From Paraspadella gotoi (lineage: Eukaryota > Animalia > Chaetognatha), in the NCBI GenBank assembly GCA_051294375.1, contig CM119267.1, forward strand, positions 16,036,105-16,100,104: a stretch of 64,000 bases of DNA, in the 5' to 3' direction. Position 1 is the stretch's first letter; the number at the start of each line of letters is the position of its first letter. Below the pieces are notes generated by a model. The model did no database searches. It had not been told where the DNA came from and saw only the letters and a list, made by a program, of their open reading frames with translations. Below are positions 1 to 13,901 of this stretch, piece by piece. A program made the position numbers and the translations under genes.

Positions 1-14
1 TTTTTTGCTTTTCT

Positions 15-130
15 GTCTGGCAGTCCGTTCTTAGTACGGCCAGACAATTTATTTATTTTTTCTGTCTGTCATGCGTCCGTAACTGCGGCCAGGAGCAAGT
101 CCTGCTCCGTTCTAATACGGCCAGACATTT
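15..130 (+). mobile_element. Possible short Helentron/DINE-1-like (HINE) element or terminus
   Basis: T-rich flank, then stem-loop TGTCTGGC(15-22)...GCCAGACA(39-46), a TCTG/TCCG-type tract (~61-80), and a second ACGGCCAGACA followed by a T run (~117-130). This matches the subTIR/IR/microsatellite layout of DINE-1-like elements; family is inferred. Confidence 0.3.
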
Positions 131-3100
131 TTTATTTTAAAGAAACGGGGGCGCAGAAAGTTTTTTTCAATTTTTTGTGCGACGGCCGCCGGTGCGCAAA
201 AGTTAAAAGTTTTTTTTCGTTTTTTTGAAACGCTTACAGCGTTTTTAAAGTAAAAATATTTAGAGAATTTTTTTATAAAATAAACCGAGCGTTTTTAAAC
301 GGATTTAATTTTTAAATGATGGCTAATTTTTTATATATTTAATTATTCCTTTTCGTTTTTTTGATATAAATTTAATCTCCGTCGAGAGCGCGAGCGCAGC
401 CTTGGCTCTTTTGTTCGGGTATTTTTTCTCTAAAGGTTAACAGGCCCCCGCGCCTGAAGGCTTAGGCTATTTTTTACTTTATTACGATGGCGCTCTATAG
501 CTTTCTAAGAAGGCTTTTTTTTCCTTTTTCTGTGAGCTGAAAGCTCGTCTTTATTTATGATTTTAACCTATTTTTTTCATTTTAATTAATAGTTTAATTT
601 TTTATTTCTTTATTTCCCCGTTTTTCTGGATTTATTCATTCGACCACATGAAAAGGTTGGATTCCTCCTGTGGCGGGAGTAAAGGGTTGGGATGCTCGAA
701 ATAAGGATCGATTCGCTGTTAAAACGGGCGAAAAACGTTATTTATTAATCATTTTCTTTCAGTCACGTTCACTGATCGGATTTCCTATTTTTTCTGCACT
801 TAGCAAAACTTTTTCTATGGGAGTGCCCCGCTAAAAAAGCCGTATTTATATTTTAATTTCAAATGTTTGGTTCATTTTTAATTTGCCCTATTTATTTCTT
901 CGCATTTCTGCACCATGTGACTTGATCGGCATGGGGCGCCTTTGTGGACGGAGTTCTTCTTTGCTTTGCTCGGCTTTGACGTCCGTCTCGGTCAGCAAAG
1001 TATTGGTGGAAGGGTGTTTTTTCATGGCGTGCGGGAGGTTTCGTGGGAGGTTGTCCCGTGCAGCGGAAAAGTCGGCCCGTTTCTAGCCTCTCTTCGTTTT
1101 GAACCAATGTTTTTACTTTGACCTTTTTTTTCAAATCTCGATTTTTTTTTTGCCATTTTTCATGTATCGGTATTTTTTAAGCGTTTTTGTTTATGTAAAA
1201 GGAATTTTAAGGTTTTGCTTATCCATCGGAATGTTTAGATGTTTTTTCGCTGAGCAATCGGAAATTTCTTTTCTTTTCCGTTGGTATTTAGTAACGCGGC
1301 CATCGATCGTTTCGATGCATCGACGATTGGCCTCGTAAGTTTACAATGACATTGTTTTCGTGTTGTGCTCGTTAACCATCCGGTTTCAGCTGACGATGAA
1401 CATGACTTCCGGTTCGTAGTGGACGCTCGATCGTGACGGACGATTACGGGCTGAGGCTACGAATTTGGAAGTTGCGTTTGTCGTGCTGGGGCTTGATGCA
1501 AGGCGGGCATTTCGGGAAAATAAATTAATTGTATACTTACGCTTTTCTTAACTATTTTTTTATTGTTTAAATGAATATTTTATTTTTTTAGGTAAATATC
1601 GTTATTTGTGTGTTTGGTTTCGCAGGTTAATCTGCGATTTCAATCGATCGTACCGGCCTCGGTTATCTCGGATAAAGTGTTTTTTTTACTATCATTGCCT
1701 TTTTTCCTCAGATCTTCGCGACTTTACGCTCGAGTAGAAATTTGGGATTTTCCCCCGTTTCCCAAACATTACAAATTAACTACGCGTAGTTCTTTTCTTG
1801 TATTTTTGGGCTTAACGATTTTTTTTTGCTAAATGTTTTTTCGAAAAATTTTTCTTTTTTGTACGAACAGGTTCGTTCCCTCTCAGTTCGTGCGGGGGGT
1901 CGGCCATTTTTTGATAATGAAAATTTAGTATTTTTTAGAAAAATATGGTTTTAATAAATACTTTGTTCGTTTTTTTTAGAAAATTGGATATTTTTTCGTT
2001 TTTTTAGTTGAATAAGTCTTAACCCACTAAATTCAAAAGTGTAATTTTTTGAATTTTTATTTTTAGAATGGAACTTGACACGTCACACTTTTGTACGTTT
2101 GTCGGGTTCATCTTTCAGGGTTTTGTTAGGAGTTGAGAAAAAGGTAAAAGTTGAGTTTAGGTCAGGTTTTTGGTTGAGTGAGAGGAGGAAACAAAACCAA
2201 CGCTGCGCCAACAGCGTGTTCTTTTTCCCCGACCTAGAAACAAGAACGGAAGAACGAACCCTCTTCGGAGGCGTGTTGCAACACCCCACTGCTTAAAAAC
2301 ACCGCCATCTGTTCCCATTTTTTGTATTTATTTAGTTTGTTCGATTTTTTGGATAGCTAGGAGAAGAGAACGTACAGATTTAGAGTAGGAAGATATATAG
2401 ATTATCTCTTTCTCTGATATTTTTATATATCATAGTTTGCCCTAACTTTTGTTTCGCTTTTTTGATAGAAGTTTTTTGCCTCAACTTTCAAATNNNNNNN
2501 NNNNNNNNNNNNNNNNNNTAAAAAAAAATAAAGAAGAAAGAGAGGAAGGTGAAGAAGTTTCAGGAGGAGAAGAGAGAGGATGAGGAGGAAGAGGAAGAGG
2601 AGAAGGAGGGAGTTAGTCCTGATGGCTAAAAAAAAAACACACAAAGGGTCATTTGGACCCTTTCGAGTTGGTCGGGGATTGTTGAATCGGTTGTTCCACC
2701 AATCAATCATTTATGACTGGATTTTCTTTTGCATCGAGGAGTATATTATGAGTCAAGTGGGAGGCTTCTCGTTCAAAGTTGTAAAAGAGTAAAAGAAACT
2801 GATTTAACTGGATTTGTGGGTGGTCGAAAAGTAGTTCAAGGTGGTTGCGAGGTGGTTTTTTTCGGACGATGTTCGTCCCTCTGGTCTATAAGTAAGTCGA
2901 GTCGACCTCGACGTGAACAAAACGTGAAGTTTCAATTGAAGCCACGAGTGATGGGAAAAGATGACTGCGTCACGGTATAAGGAGAAGAAAAAACGTGTCA
3001 CGCTGTACGGATAAATTGTAAAGGGGCAGGCTGATCGTGTCATTGTTAATATAGTCACTGACTATTAGTCAGGCGTCTCCTGAATTGCAGAGTGCAGAAA

Positions 3101-3162
3101 GCAAAACGGAAAATTCTCGGCGAAAAAAAAAACAGAACTGGTTTGAAAACAAATTAAAATCA

Positions 3163-4205
3163 AGTTTTAAAACCCGAAGCGAAACGAGGATAAAAGGATA
3201 AACAAAACGAAAGAAAAACAAAACAAGAAACAACAAAACTAAAGAGAAAGAAAAAGAAAGGGAAACAAAACACGAGAAAAATAGGAAGGAGTCGAGAACG
3301 ACTAGAAGACGCTTAATGACAAAGGGAAGGCAAAAACAAAAATAGAAAGAGAGNNNNNNNNNNNNNNNNNNNNNNNNNNNNNNNNNNNNNNNNNNNNNNN
3401 NNNNNNNNNNNNNNNNNNNNNNNNNNNNNNNNNNNNNNNNNNNNNNNNNNNNNNNNNNNNNNNNNNNNNNNNNNNNNNNNNNNNNNNNNNNNNNNNNNNN
3501 NNNNNNNNNNNNNNNNNNNNNNNNNNNNNNNNNNNNNNNNNNNNNNNNNNNNNNNNNNNNNNNNNNNNNNNNNNNNNNNNNNNNNNNNNNNNNNNNNNNN
3601 NNNNNNNNNNNNNNNNNNNNNNAAAAAAGGGAAAAAAGAGGTAAACGAGGGGAACGATCAATGAGATAAATCGCGCCATATGTTCCTTTCAAGAAGATAA
3701 AAAAAGGCAAAGGAAATAAAACAAAAGAAAAAAAAAAAAGAGAGAGATGTTTTAACCCGAAGCGAAACGAGGTTAAAAGATAACAAACGAAAGAAAACCA
3801 AAACAAGAAAAACAAACTAAAGAGAAAGAAAAAGAAAGGGAAACAAACACGAGAAAAATAGGAGGAGTCGAGAACGACTAGAAAGACGCCTTAATGACAA
3901 AGGAAGGCAAAACTGGAGGAATAGAGAGGAGAGGAGAGAGAGATGAGAAGAGAGAGGAGAGAGAAGAGAGAGAGAGGAGAGAGAGAGAGGGGGGGGGGAG
4001 AGAGAGAGAAGAATCGAAAGCCAAACTGTGCTCGATACGTCGCCGACCGAAGAAGAGAAAAAAGGCACAGAGAAGAAAAGAAAAAAAGAAAGGGAAAAAA
4101 GGGAAAAAGGGAAAAAAAAAAAGGGGAAAAAGGAGGTCGAGGAACGATCAAATGAGATAAATCGCGCATATTCTTTCAGAAGATAAAGGCAAGGAATAAA
4201 ACAGA
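3163..4205 (+). repeat. Internal tandem duplication (~0.5-0.6 kb unit) inside block A copy 1
   Basis: acccgaagcgaaacgagg...gagtcgagaacgactagaa occurs at ~3172 and ~3756; ggaacgatcaa..gagataaatcgcg occurs at ~3652 and ~4141. Only one unit is present in copy 2 (15630-16140). Confidence 0.8.
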
Positions 4206-4792
4206 CTTCGGCATAAAATACACGCGGAGAATAAGAGAGAGAGAAGAGAAGATAAAGAGAGAAAGAAGAGAGGAGGCGGGCGGAGAGGACTAGTTGAATT
4301 AGGCGGGCAACCTGAAAAGGAGGAGGAAAGGGAGGGAGAGAGGAAGAGGAGGAGAAATAGAGAGGAGAAAGGAAGAGTCGAGGGTCGAGAAAAGGAAAGA
4401 AGAAAAGGAAAGGTTTGAAGGGGGAGTGAAATAGGGAAGAAGGAGGAATAATGAAATGAGAAAGAAAAGAAGGCAAANNNNNNNNNNNNNNNNNNNNNNN
4501 NNAAAAAAAAGAAACTTAGGGGGAAGAAGATCTAAAAAAAAAGAGGCAGAAAAAAAATAAAGAAAAAAACTAAAACTAAATTAAAAAAACAAAAAACAAA
4601 AGATAACAACTGTGACCTAAGTAAATTAAAAAAGAAAACATAAAAAAAGAAAAGAAGAACCAAAAAAAAAAGGAAAAGGAAAATGAGGACGGAAGAAAAA
4701 GAAAAAAAAAGGAAAAAAAAGGGAGGGAAGCAGATGAACAGAGGTCAAAGAGGCAAAGATAAAGCGCGCCTGGGACAAAGACGAAAAACGAG

Positions 4793-4847
4793 AAAAGACA
4801 AAAAAGACAAAAAAGACAAAAAAGACAAAAAAAGACAAAAAAAGACA
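4793..4847 (+). repeat. 9-bp tandem repeat (GACAAAAAA) x6
   Basis: gac at 4797, 4806, 4815, 4824, 4833, 4843. Confidence 0.85.
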
Positions 4848-5348
4848 CAGCAGTAGAAAAAAAAATGGAAAAAGGGAAAAAGTTTGGGACAAAAAGAGAA
4901 ACTCTGTAAAGTCTGTAAATGTTTCTTTAAAACTGTTTCATTGAGATCCTTACATAGTTTGTTTATATTTTACAGCTCAGATGAAAAATACGAGCCACGA
5001 TGATTTAAGTTGTCTGATGACCTTTCTTGAGCAGCGGAGCTACCCATTGGGGGGGGGGGTTATAGTTAAAATAAATAATAAATAGAAATAAAAACTGAAG
5101 GCTAAATATTGAAAGCGTCGACACGGATTCCCTCGATACATAAATTCACTTTCTTAAAAACGGATCGATAGAGAAATTTAAGCTCTCTCTCTCTCTCTCT
5201 CTCTCTGCTCTTCTCTCTCTCATCTCTCTCTTCTTCATCTCCTCTCTCTCTAATCCTCTCTTTGAAAAACATTAACATGTTTAACCCACGTGGGTCCCAC
5301 GAAAAATGCATTCGAGACGCCCGAATGGGGTATTGGGAAGGCCTGCCC

Positions 5349-5380
<32 letters not shown>

Positions 5381-5655
5381 CTCTCTCCTTCATCGATCTC
5401 ATCTCTCTCTCTCTCTCTCTTCCACTCCCCTCACTACCCCCACCATACTCACAATACTACAGCTCACTCTATGCCTCTTACTTATTGCTCTCTGCCAGTT
5501 CTTTCTTACTTCTATAATTATACTCCATAGATGCGAAGTGAATAATTCGTGAGATGTGATCGGTATCTCACGCTGGCTGCTTGTATGACTTCCCTCTATT
5601 AGGNNNNNNNNNNNNNNNNNNNNNNNNNGAGAGAGAGAGAGAAGAGAGAGAGAAG

Positions 5656-5717
<62 letters not shown>

Positions 5718-5725
5718 GAGAGAGA

Positions 5726-5762
<37 letters not shown>

Positions 5763-5819
5763 AGAGAGAAGAGAGAGAAAAGAGAGAGAGAGATAAAGAA
5801 AAAGAAGAAGAAAAAGAGA

Positions 5820-7668
5820 CGAGAGAGAGAGGGTGAGGGGATAGAGGAAAATAGAATTTCACGCAAAACCTATATACACAAAAAAATAAACTTTTAAATA
5901 TATAATAAGATCATTGGAAGATCTTGGGCATTTTGTGCATAAATTCGTTCGTCCTTCCGCATTTGATTTTTTCGCTTCAAGGATAAATCGCAAATTCGAG
6001 ACAGAAACAGAATAAAAAAAATAATATATTTTTATGCATAAAAATTTATTTTCTGAGCTTCTCTGCTCGGAGTCTTAGAACTTTCTTTTTTTTTTCAAAT
6101 TCTTTATATTTTTTTTTTGCATTTCCTCTTTTTAAATAGCGTCGCTCGATTCGAATTTTGTCATTTTATATATTATAAAAAAGTCTGATCGGGAGCACTT
6201 TTTTTAAGGGGGGAGTGGTTTGTGAAAATTAAAGACGATAGGAAAGATATTAGGGAGATTTAATTTTAAAGTCAAAAACAAAAGGTAACACGAGGAAAAA
6301 TTTTATTGGCGAAATTTAAAAAATTTAGAAAGACAAAGAGAGAAAACAGAAATATTTCATTCAGTTATTCTAACGAAATATGATTATGGTTTTGATTAAT
6401 TTTTTTTTATAAGTGAGATCTGAGTAAAAAGATAATACGCAACATATTCTTTGATTGTCATTCAACCATGTATAACATTAACTTAATATTAACTTATATT
6501 GGTTGTACCAATTCATAGAATACTCTTGTAAATCTCAAGAAACGAAATTGAGACGTAATGGACGAAACGAGGCGAAAAACCGCGCGAAACACAACCAAAA
6601 TGCCACCTGTGATAATCGCCTGAAATTTTCGTATTTTTAGATGGCTTGAGAAAAAGAGAGAGGGAAGAGGAGGAGAGAGACGAGAGTAGAAAGGAGAGAG
6701 AGAGATACGTATCCCACCTTGCGCCAATATGCCCAGTTTCAATTCCCATTCTATGCGCCATGCGATACAAACGGAGATGAAGAAAGAAAGATCGACGAAG
6801 TTAAAAAAAGAAGAAAAACCCCCCCAAAAAAAAAGAAAAAAGAAAAAGGAAAGGAAGCGACGTCCAAGGAAATATGGGGAAAAAATGAGCGAGGTGAATA
6901 AATAAATAAAAAAAAAAAGAAAAGAAAAGAAGACGAGAAAAGAAATAGTAAAAAATCTGTTTGTGGGAAAAAAAATGGTAACCGTCGACGTGAGCGAGAA
7001 GCCGCGCTCGCTTCGCCTAAGGCCGCTCCTCCTTCGGCCGCGTCCCGCCGCCGCCGCCGCCGCCGCCGTCTCCGTGGCATCCAGGTTCCATAATAAAAAG
7101 TCGACGACATAAACTTAACCGATAATTTTTTTATTTCAAATATGAACCACTGTGAGGACAGATTTTTGGCGAAAAAAAGCAAACTGATCGGAGTCGAAAT
7201 TGACATCAGTGATGAATCAGTAGTAAATTAAATTATTTTTAGCATGGAAATACCGGCTGGAAAAATTGACGCTCGATGAATATGAGTCAAACAACAAACG
7301 TAATACTGAGATATCGGTACTATTTTTTCGAAAGCGCACCCATTTCCTTTTCCCTTTAATCCCTAAACTGAATTCTAACTTTCAATTTAATGTTTTCCTC
7401 ATATTTCTAATCCGAATGCTTAAGCGCCTAATATTAAATATAGTGTATCGCTTAAACCCTTATCTTCTCCTAATACCGAGACCTGCTGACATCATTTTAA
7501 ACCTGAATATAGAACTGGAAACGAGGCGGTTTTGGTATAATATGGCCGAATTAATCAATGAAATGGATAGAGAACGATTGATTAATTGACTGAAATCGGA
7601 AAGAAACTATTCTTTCGTAATTTCCTTGGATGGTGCCGATACCTTTTTGCCTGTTTGCCTCGGAGTTG

Positions 7669-7719
<51 letters not shown>

Positions 7720-9116
7720 AGAGAGGAGAGAGAGAGAGAAGAGAGAGAGAAGAGAGAGAGAGTGAGAGAGAGAGAGTGAGAGAGAGGAAGGCGGCAGAGC
7801 GAGCGGAGACAGCGCCATCATGTTGAATGGTCCATGGGGAAATGAAGGGAATGGTTTATGTAAGGCATCGCTTTTGGCGACGGAAGCTGGCGAGAGTCCG
7901 AGACCGCTTCCAAAAGAGGGAATAGAAATGGGATGGGTTGGGCTGGTTGGGACGTGGTCATTATGGGGGGTTTAGGAGGTGTTGGAGGTGGTTCACCGGG
8001 GTGGGTAGAGAACGAAGAAACGGGGAGATCTCAAAGGTGATTGATCCGTTAAAGAGATGAAAAAAGAAAAAAGGGAATCGTATTTGGATGGTGATTCCGG
8101 GAATTGGTTCACTCAACATTTGTTTTAATAGGTTTGAGCCGTTTGATTGGTGAATCACGATCGTGAATGCAACGATTATTGTGATCAGGATAGCTTAAGT
8201 TTTGAAAGGAATTTTTTCTTTTAGTCATGTTTATACTAACTGAACTAGTCGAAACGAAGGACGATGAAAATGGCCAACGCCTTCTTTGAATCGAACGCAT
8301 CCAACCACGGATTTTTCATACCCCCGAAGCGAAAGAGATTTGAGGGAAAAGAGATTTTGGCGGGAAAAAAGGGAGAATTTTTGGCGCGGAAAATGCGAGC
8401 GGTCCGGGGAGAAAAGGAGGTGATTGGGGCTGAGACGTGAAGGAAGAGAAAAGGAATCAAATGAAGGCGGGGTGAGAAATGGGGGGGGGGCCGGGGCAAA
8501 TGGGGGACGCGTGGAACGAGGCACCGCCATCTTGAAAAATGGGTTTTAGACGGGAGGCCAAAGAGGGGGGGCGTGGGTTGCGAGATGGTGAATAAAACTG
8601 AAGGATCGACGGATGTCTAAACTGACGTTTGAGGCTGACGTCTCGACTGACGGCTGAACAACATCACGGGAGGGTGGAATCTTTTCTTTCATCTTCGTTT
8701 GTTTGTTTAATTATTTATCTCTTTGTTTACCAAAAGGTTTCTGAATTATCTTCCTTTAACGTGATTATAGTTTAAATTATTTAATTTTATTGAATTTCCT
8801 TTTTTTAGAAAAAATTAACCGTGTTTTCTTTTTAATCATTTTTTAACTTGGAAAATAAAAATTTTGATGAAAAGTCAAAAAATAATTTCGCGTAGCAATG
8901 TCAAGAAACGTTTCTCGTTTCCATATTTTCATCTCGTGTATAAATTTAAACGAATTTTATTTTCGAAATAAAAACATGTTTGGGTATAAGTAAAGAAACT
9001 CTGATTTAAAAGACCTTTTGTTGAGCAACTACTTAAAATCGAAGCACCAGGAGCTTAAGAGAAGTTGAATAAAAATTTCCGTTCTTGGCAAAGACCCTAC
9101 AGAGAGAGAGAATGAA

Positions 9117-9169
<53 letters not shown>

Positions 9170-10116
9170 AAGCTATTTTTTTTCCATTTTTTTTTCTGGT
9201 TCGGGCCCGAAAAATCGACAAAAAGTAGAAGAAAGTAATAAAACTTGGAGGAGGTCCTCATATCTTCCAAAAGAAAATTTCCGGCTTTCTTTGCTCTTTG
9301 TTCTTTCGAATGGAAAACTTCGAACGTAGTTTTTTCTTCGTAGGCGAAATGCGCCACAGGGTGGCACGTTGCAACGCGGATCGCCTTTCGTCACGCCACG
9401 AGGTGAAGCACCGACGAACACTGCATCGTCCTTTCGCCTTTTGCGCCATATTCCCTTTTAGATTGGGATTCTCCGGATTGCTCTTTTTTTTTCGCTCGTT
9501 TTTCTTACTCGACTTACCCGCCTTACGTCCCGTTCAATGGCCATACCGTAACATGCTCTGCTTGGCCATGCCTCCTGCGCCCTCGAACTTCCCTTGGGGC
9601 GCTATTGACATGGCTGTCCTTCCTCCCTACTCGTCAAATCCGTTAGAAAAATCAAGCGAAACAAAGCAAAAGAAAAGCGCAAAATTAATTAAGAAATTTA
9701 AAATTAAAAAAAAAAAAACGATTAAAATTTTGAAATTGAAAGTGAATTCGATTGAACTCGGCTGAGACGACTGACGAATGAGAACGACGAACAGTCAAGA
9801 CGACGACGACGACACGACGACGACCGCTGTCGTAGTTGACGACGTTGACGCAAAAGTTTCACCGTGATCGGAATTGACTTTCAGAAAAATTGTGGTTTAA
9901 ACGATGGAATAAAAAATCTAAGAAAAAAAAAAAGAATAGAATAGATTTTTAAAAAAAGAGCGTTCAAAAAAAAAAAAAAAAAAAAAAAGAAAAAAAAATC
10001 GTTGTTTTACGATTTTCTGTTTCAAGAAAGAAAAAAAAATATCCAGAAAAAACCCTTCGTGCGTGCAAATAAGGACTTGACTCTGAGACGTTTTAGTCAG
10101 CTTGAGGAAGGAGAAG

Positions 10117-10205
<89 letters not shown>

Positions 10206-11685
10206 GAAGCAGAATTTTGTCTGTCGACTTTTTCCCCCTTCCGTCTCATGGCGAGCGGAAAACACGCAAATTTCTGAAGAATTTTTCACAAACTCGAGCA
10301 AGTCGACGACCGAACGCGACGACGACGAAGACAAAAACGACGAGGAAGGCGAAGTGACCTTTTGACCCGCCCCAACCTCAAACCATTGACCTTCTAGACG
10401 AAAGGTATAACGTCGTCGTCATCGTCGTCGTCGTCTCATCGTCGCTTTTGAATTTGCAAAGGTCTCTTGGTCCAAACTCGAAAGCGGTTTTTCGTCGTAA
10501 CGATTGCCACGTCGATTTTGACCTTGCGAAAAATGAAAGAAGTTGTGGTTATTCATTGCCTATAAACATTGTAGATTGACATTGTTAATCAAAACAAAAA
10601 AGAATTTTGATTCGGTTTAATATGTACTATTTGTACAATTAAATAAATCTATTCGCGTTTTTAATAATTGATATTTTCTTGGTTATCGATTACGGAAAAA
10701 AAATGTCGAAAAAGAAAAAGAAGCCGAAATCTTAAAGTTGATCCCAATATTTTGACAACACTACCTACCCTAGTCTACTCAAATATTAGACAAATTATAT
10801 AAAATGTAAGTAAGAGTAATTTAAATAATAATCTTGTTAAGCCGAGGAGATTCAAGTTCATTGGCTTTTAGAGTCTAATATGAAACTTTTCGGTGGCAAA
10901 AAAAAAAATCTGGGTGATTTGAAAAAAAGTGGTTCAGCAGCCTCGATTTGAACCAGCGCACCTGAGACGAAGAATTTGACAACCCTGACGGGCGATCGGA
11001 AGACGAAGGGTAATCGCTTCCCCTCCTATTTTGGGGCAAAAGTCGTCGTTCGTCGTCGTCGTTCGTCGTCGTCGTCGTCGTCGTAGCTGTCTTGATTTTC
11101 CTTGGTCGTTCCCAATCGTTTTGGAATACAGAGGGAGATTAAAATTTCTTTTGTTAACAACAAATGGCGCCACATCCTAGATATTAGGAATAGGGTGAAA
11201 GATCCCTCTACGGCAGGTCTCGCGCGGCTTGAACCATATGTCGGTCGTCATCGCTATCCATTGGTTTTCCGGTCGTCGTCGCATTGTTGTAAGTTTACAC
11301 GTATCGACCATATAAGAAACAAAACATGGACTTCCAGTCCGTTTAAAATTATTGTTAAAGGTTACAATAATGGGCCTCGATCCTGACCGTCGTCGTGGTC
11401 GTCGTCGTGGTCGTCGTCGTTGTCGTCGTCGTCTTGGTCGCCGTCGTGGTCGTGTCGTGGTCGTCGTCGTCGTCGCGTCGTCTATGTCGCGTCGTGTCGT
11501 CGTCGTGGTCGTCGTCGTCGTCGTCGTCGTCTTGGTCGCCGAGTCGTGGTCGTCGTCGTGGTCGTCGTCGTGGGTCGGTCGTCCTGTCGAGGGTTTTCAA
11601 TGAAAAAATTCAAGGTTTAGTGACATGGTTGGACGAAAAGGGAGAACCTGAAACGAACAAAGAAAATGACGTTGGACAGATGGAG

Positions 11686-11770
<85 letters not shown>
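5820..11770 (+). repeat. Duplicated block B, copy 1
   Basis: Colinear with 22441-28020 from gagggtgaggggatagaggaaaatagaatttcacgc to the GA tract after ggacgaaaagg(g)agaacctga. Confidence 0.92.
11387..11585 (+). repeat. Compound (GTC)n/(GTCGTG) microsatellite, length-variable between copies
   Basis: ~190 bp here, ~65 bp at 27624-27690 and ~160 bp at 30697-30855. Confidence 0.85.
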
Positions 11771-11775
<5 letters not shown>

Positions 11776-12285
11776 TTGAAGACTCTGAGATCTTCGTTGT
11801 TGTTTTTAGGAGGATCGTAGGAAAATGAGGAGAGGGAATTGATTAATAAGAAGGAGGAGGAGGAGGAGGATGAGGATGAGGAGGAGGAAGAGGATGAAGA
11901 TGAGTGTTGTCCATAATTCAAAGACGATGAATAAGTATCAACAACCGAGTGGATATTGAATAACCGAATTGAATGAACGAACGAATTGCCGAACGAATGA
12001 ATAAATGAACTCATGAATGAACGGATGAATGAAATCCCTGAGAAGTGATTGATTTCCCGCCATAAGATTTAACGAGGAGAGATATTTTTTTCAAACGCTG
12101 AGAATATTCATCGTCGTCATCGTCGTCGTTTTCGACGTCGTTTTGGTCTTTAATGTCGTTACACACCTTCGTTGAATTGTTGTCGTCGTTGTCGTGATCT
12201 CGTCGTCGTTGTTGTTGTCTTCGTCGCGTTTTCTAACGTCGTTGTGGTTTAGACAATCTGCAGATGTTTCGATCTAGAGGTCAAT

Positions 12286-12328
<43 letters not shown>

Positions 12329-12457
12329 GTGTAATACTGTGATACCCTAACCACCATCGCACTCATCATTCATCTACTACTTAATGCTCATGGTCGTTGT
12401 CGTTGGTGACTCAGTGACATTTAAGTCTTTTTCTTCGGCGTCAAGTCAGCTGTTTTT

Positions 12458-12500
<43 letters not shown>
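12286..12500 (+). repeat. Two (GTC)n microsatellites
   Basis: Pure GTC runs at ~12286-12327 and ~12462-12500. Confidence 0.9.
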
Positions 12501-12501
<1 letters not shown>

Positions 12502-13851
12502 TTTATCGATGACGTCAAAAGTGAACGAGGATGACGTCACGCTTTCACCGCTGAAGTCGCAAGAAACAGTAAGAAATATGTTTTGAATTATGGTGATACA
12601 TATAATGACGACGACGACGACGATGAAAAGGACGACGTCTTAAATTTCGTGAACCGATGCAAGAGGTCAACCGATCGCTGCTGTTCAGTCGATATTTTTA
12701 TTCTTTCTTTTTTATTATTTATTTTTTTTCCTTCGATTTTCAAAACGCTCTTCTTCTTGAACAGCAAAAACAGAAAATTGATCGGTCGAGAAAATTTTTT
12801 TTTTGTTCGCGAATTAAAAAGAAATTAAGAATTTCGATTCACGGTTGTAAGCGAGAGTTAATTTCGTCGAAAAGACTTTTTTTAGCTCGACGTCTGACGC
12901 TCGCCGTTGTCGTCGGAAGCGTCGCTTGGATNNNNNNNNNNNNNNNNNNNNNNNNNTAGTTTTTTCTACGAGACGTGTACATCGGCGTCTTATTTTTTTA
13001 GGTTTTTTTATGACGTCAGTTGTATTATTTGAGTCCGATATTACTATTTTTGTAGAATAAATTAATGGATTCAAGTTCATTTTTATTCATAAAATCGAAT
13101 GTATCATCAGTTAAAGAAAACAATGTATAGATAGTGTCTTGATAGTCAGGTAATAAAGGGTCTAAGCTGGGTTCTTTTCTCTTTTCTAATTAAGAAAGAG
13201 AGAGTAAGGAGAGAGAGAAGACGACGGGAGAGAGAGAGAGAGAGAGAGAGAGAGACGAGAGCAAGAGAGTCGCGCGCGAAAGTTGAGAATGAGAGCGTAT
13301 GAGGGGGGAGAATGAGAATTCCAAGAGAGAAATCAAATGATCGACCTTGAGGTCGACGGCCGAGAAATTCTACTTCTCGCTCTCCTTGACACTCAAATAT
13401 GTGTAACGAAATTTTAGAGAAATTCCCGTTACATTCTCTCGTCGTAAAACGATTCGGAACTGGAGAGTAAAAGCATTCGTTGGCGTCGGCCGTCAGGAAA
13501 TTCTATGATTTTTACAGATTAATCCAATGGGAAGTATTAGTGAAAAATTTATTTTTTATTGAAAGCCTTTCTTTACATTTTTCTAAAATATAAAATTCAA
13601 GAGAAATAAAAAACTACATGATACGAGATATAGTCACTTCAGACGCTTCTTGCGCGTCAAGATTCAAAATGATGGAAAATAAGAAGTAAGAAGGAAAGAT
13701 AACGAGACAGGAGAGAGAAGAGAGAGAGAGAGAACAGACGAAGAGAGTAGAGAGAGAGAGAGAGAGAGATATAAAAATTTTCAGGGAGCAAATAAAAGAA
13801 AGAGTTTTAACCCTAGAGACGAGAGAGAGGAGACGAGAGAGCAGATGAGAG

Positions 13852-13901
<50 letters not shown>

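Larger units (their letters stand above)
2518..5185 (+). repeat. Duplicated block A, copy 1
   Basis: Colinear with 14962-17185 (shared ttagtcctgatggctaaaa, gtcactgactatta, atgaaaaatacgagccacgatgatttaagttgtctgatgacc). Differences are mostly single-base indels. Confidence 0.92.

Noticed and set aside
13341-13356. Palindrome TCGACCT-tg-AGGTCGA
   Set aside because: An isolated 7-bp-arm palindrome; expected occasionally in 64 kb and has no supporting context.
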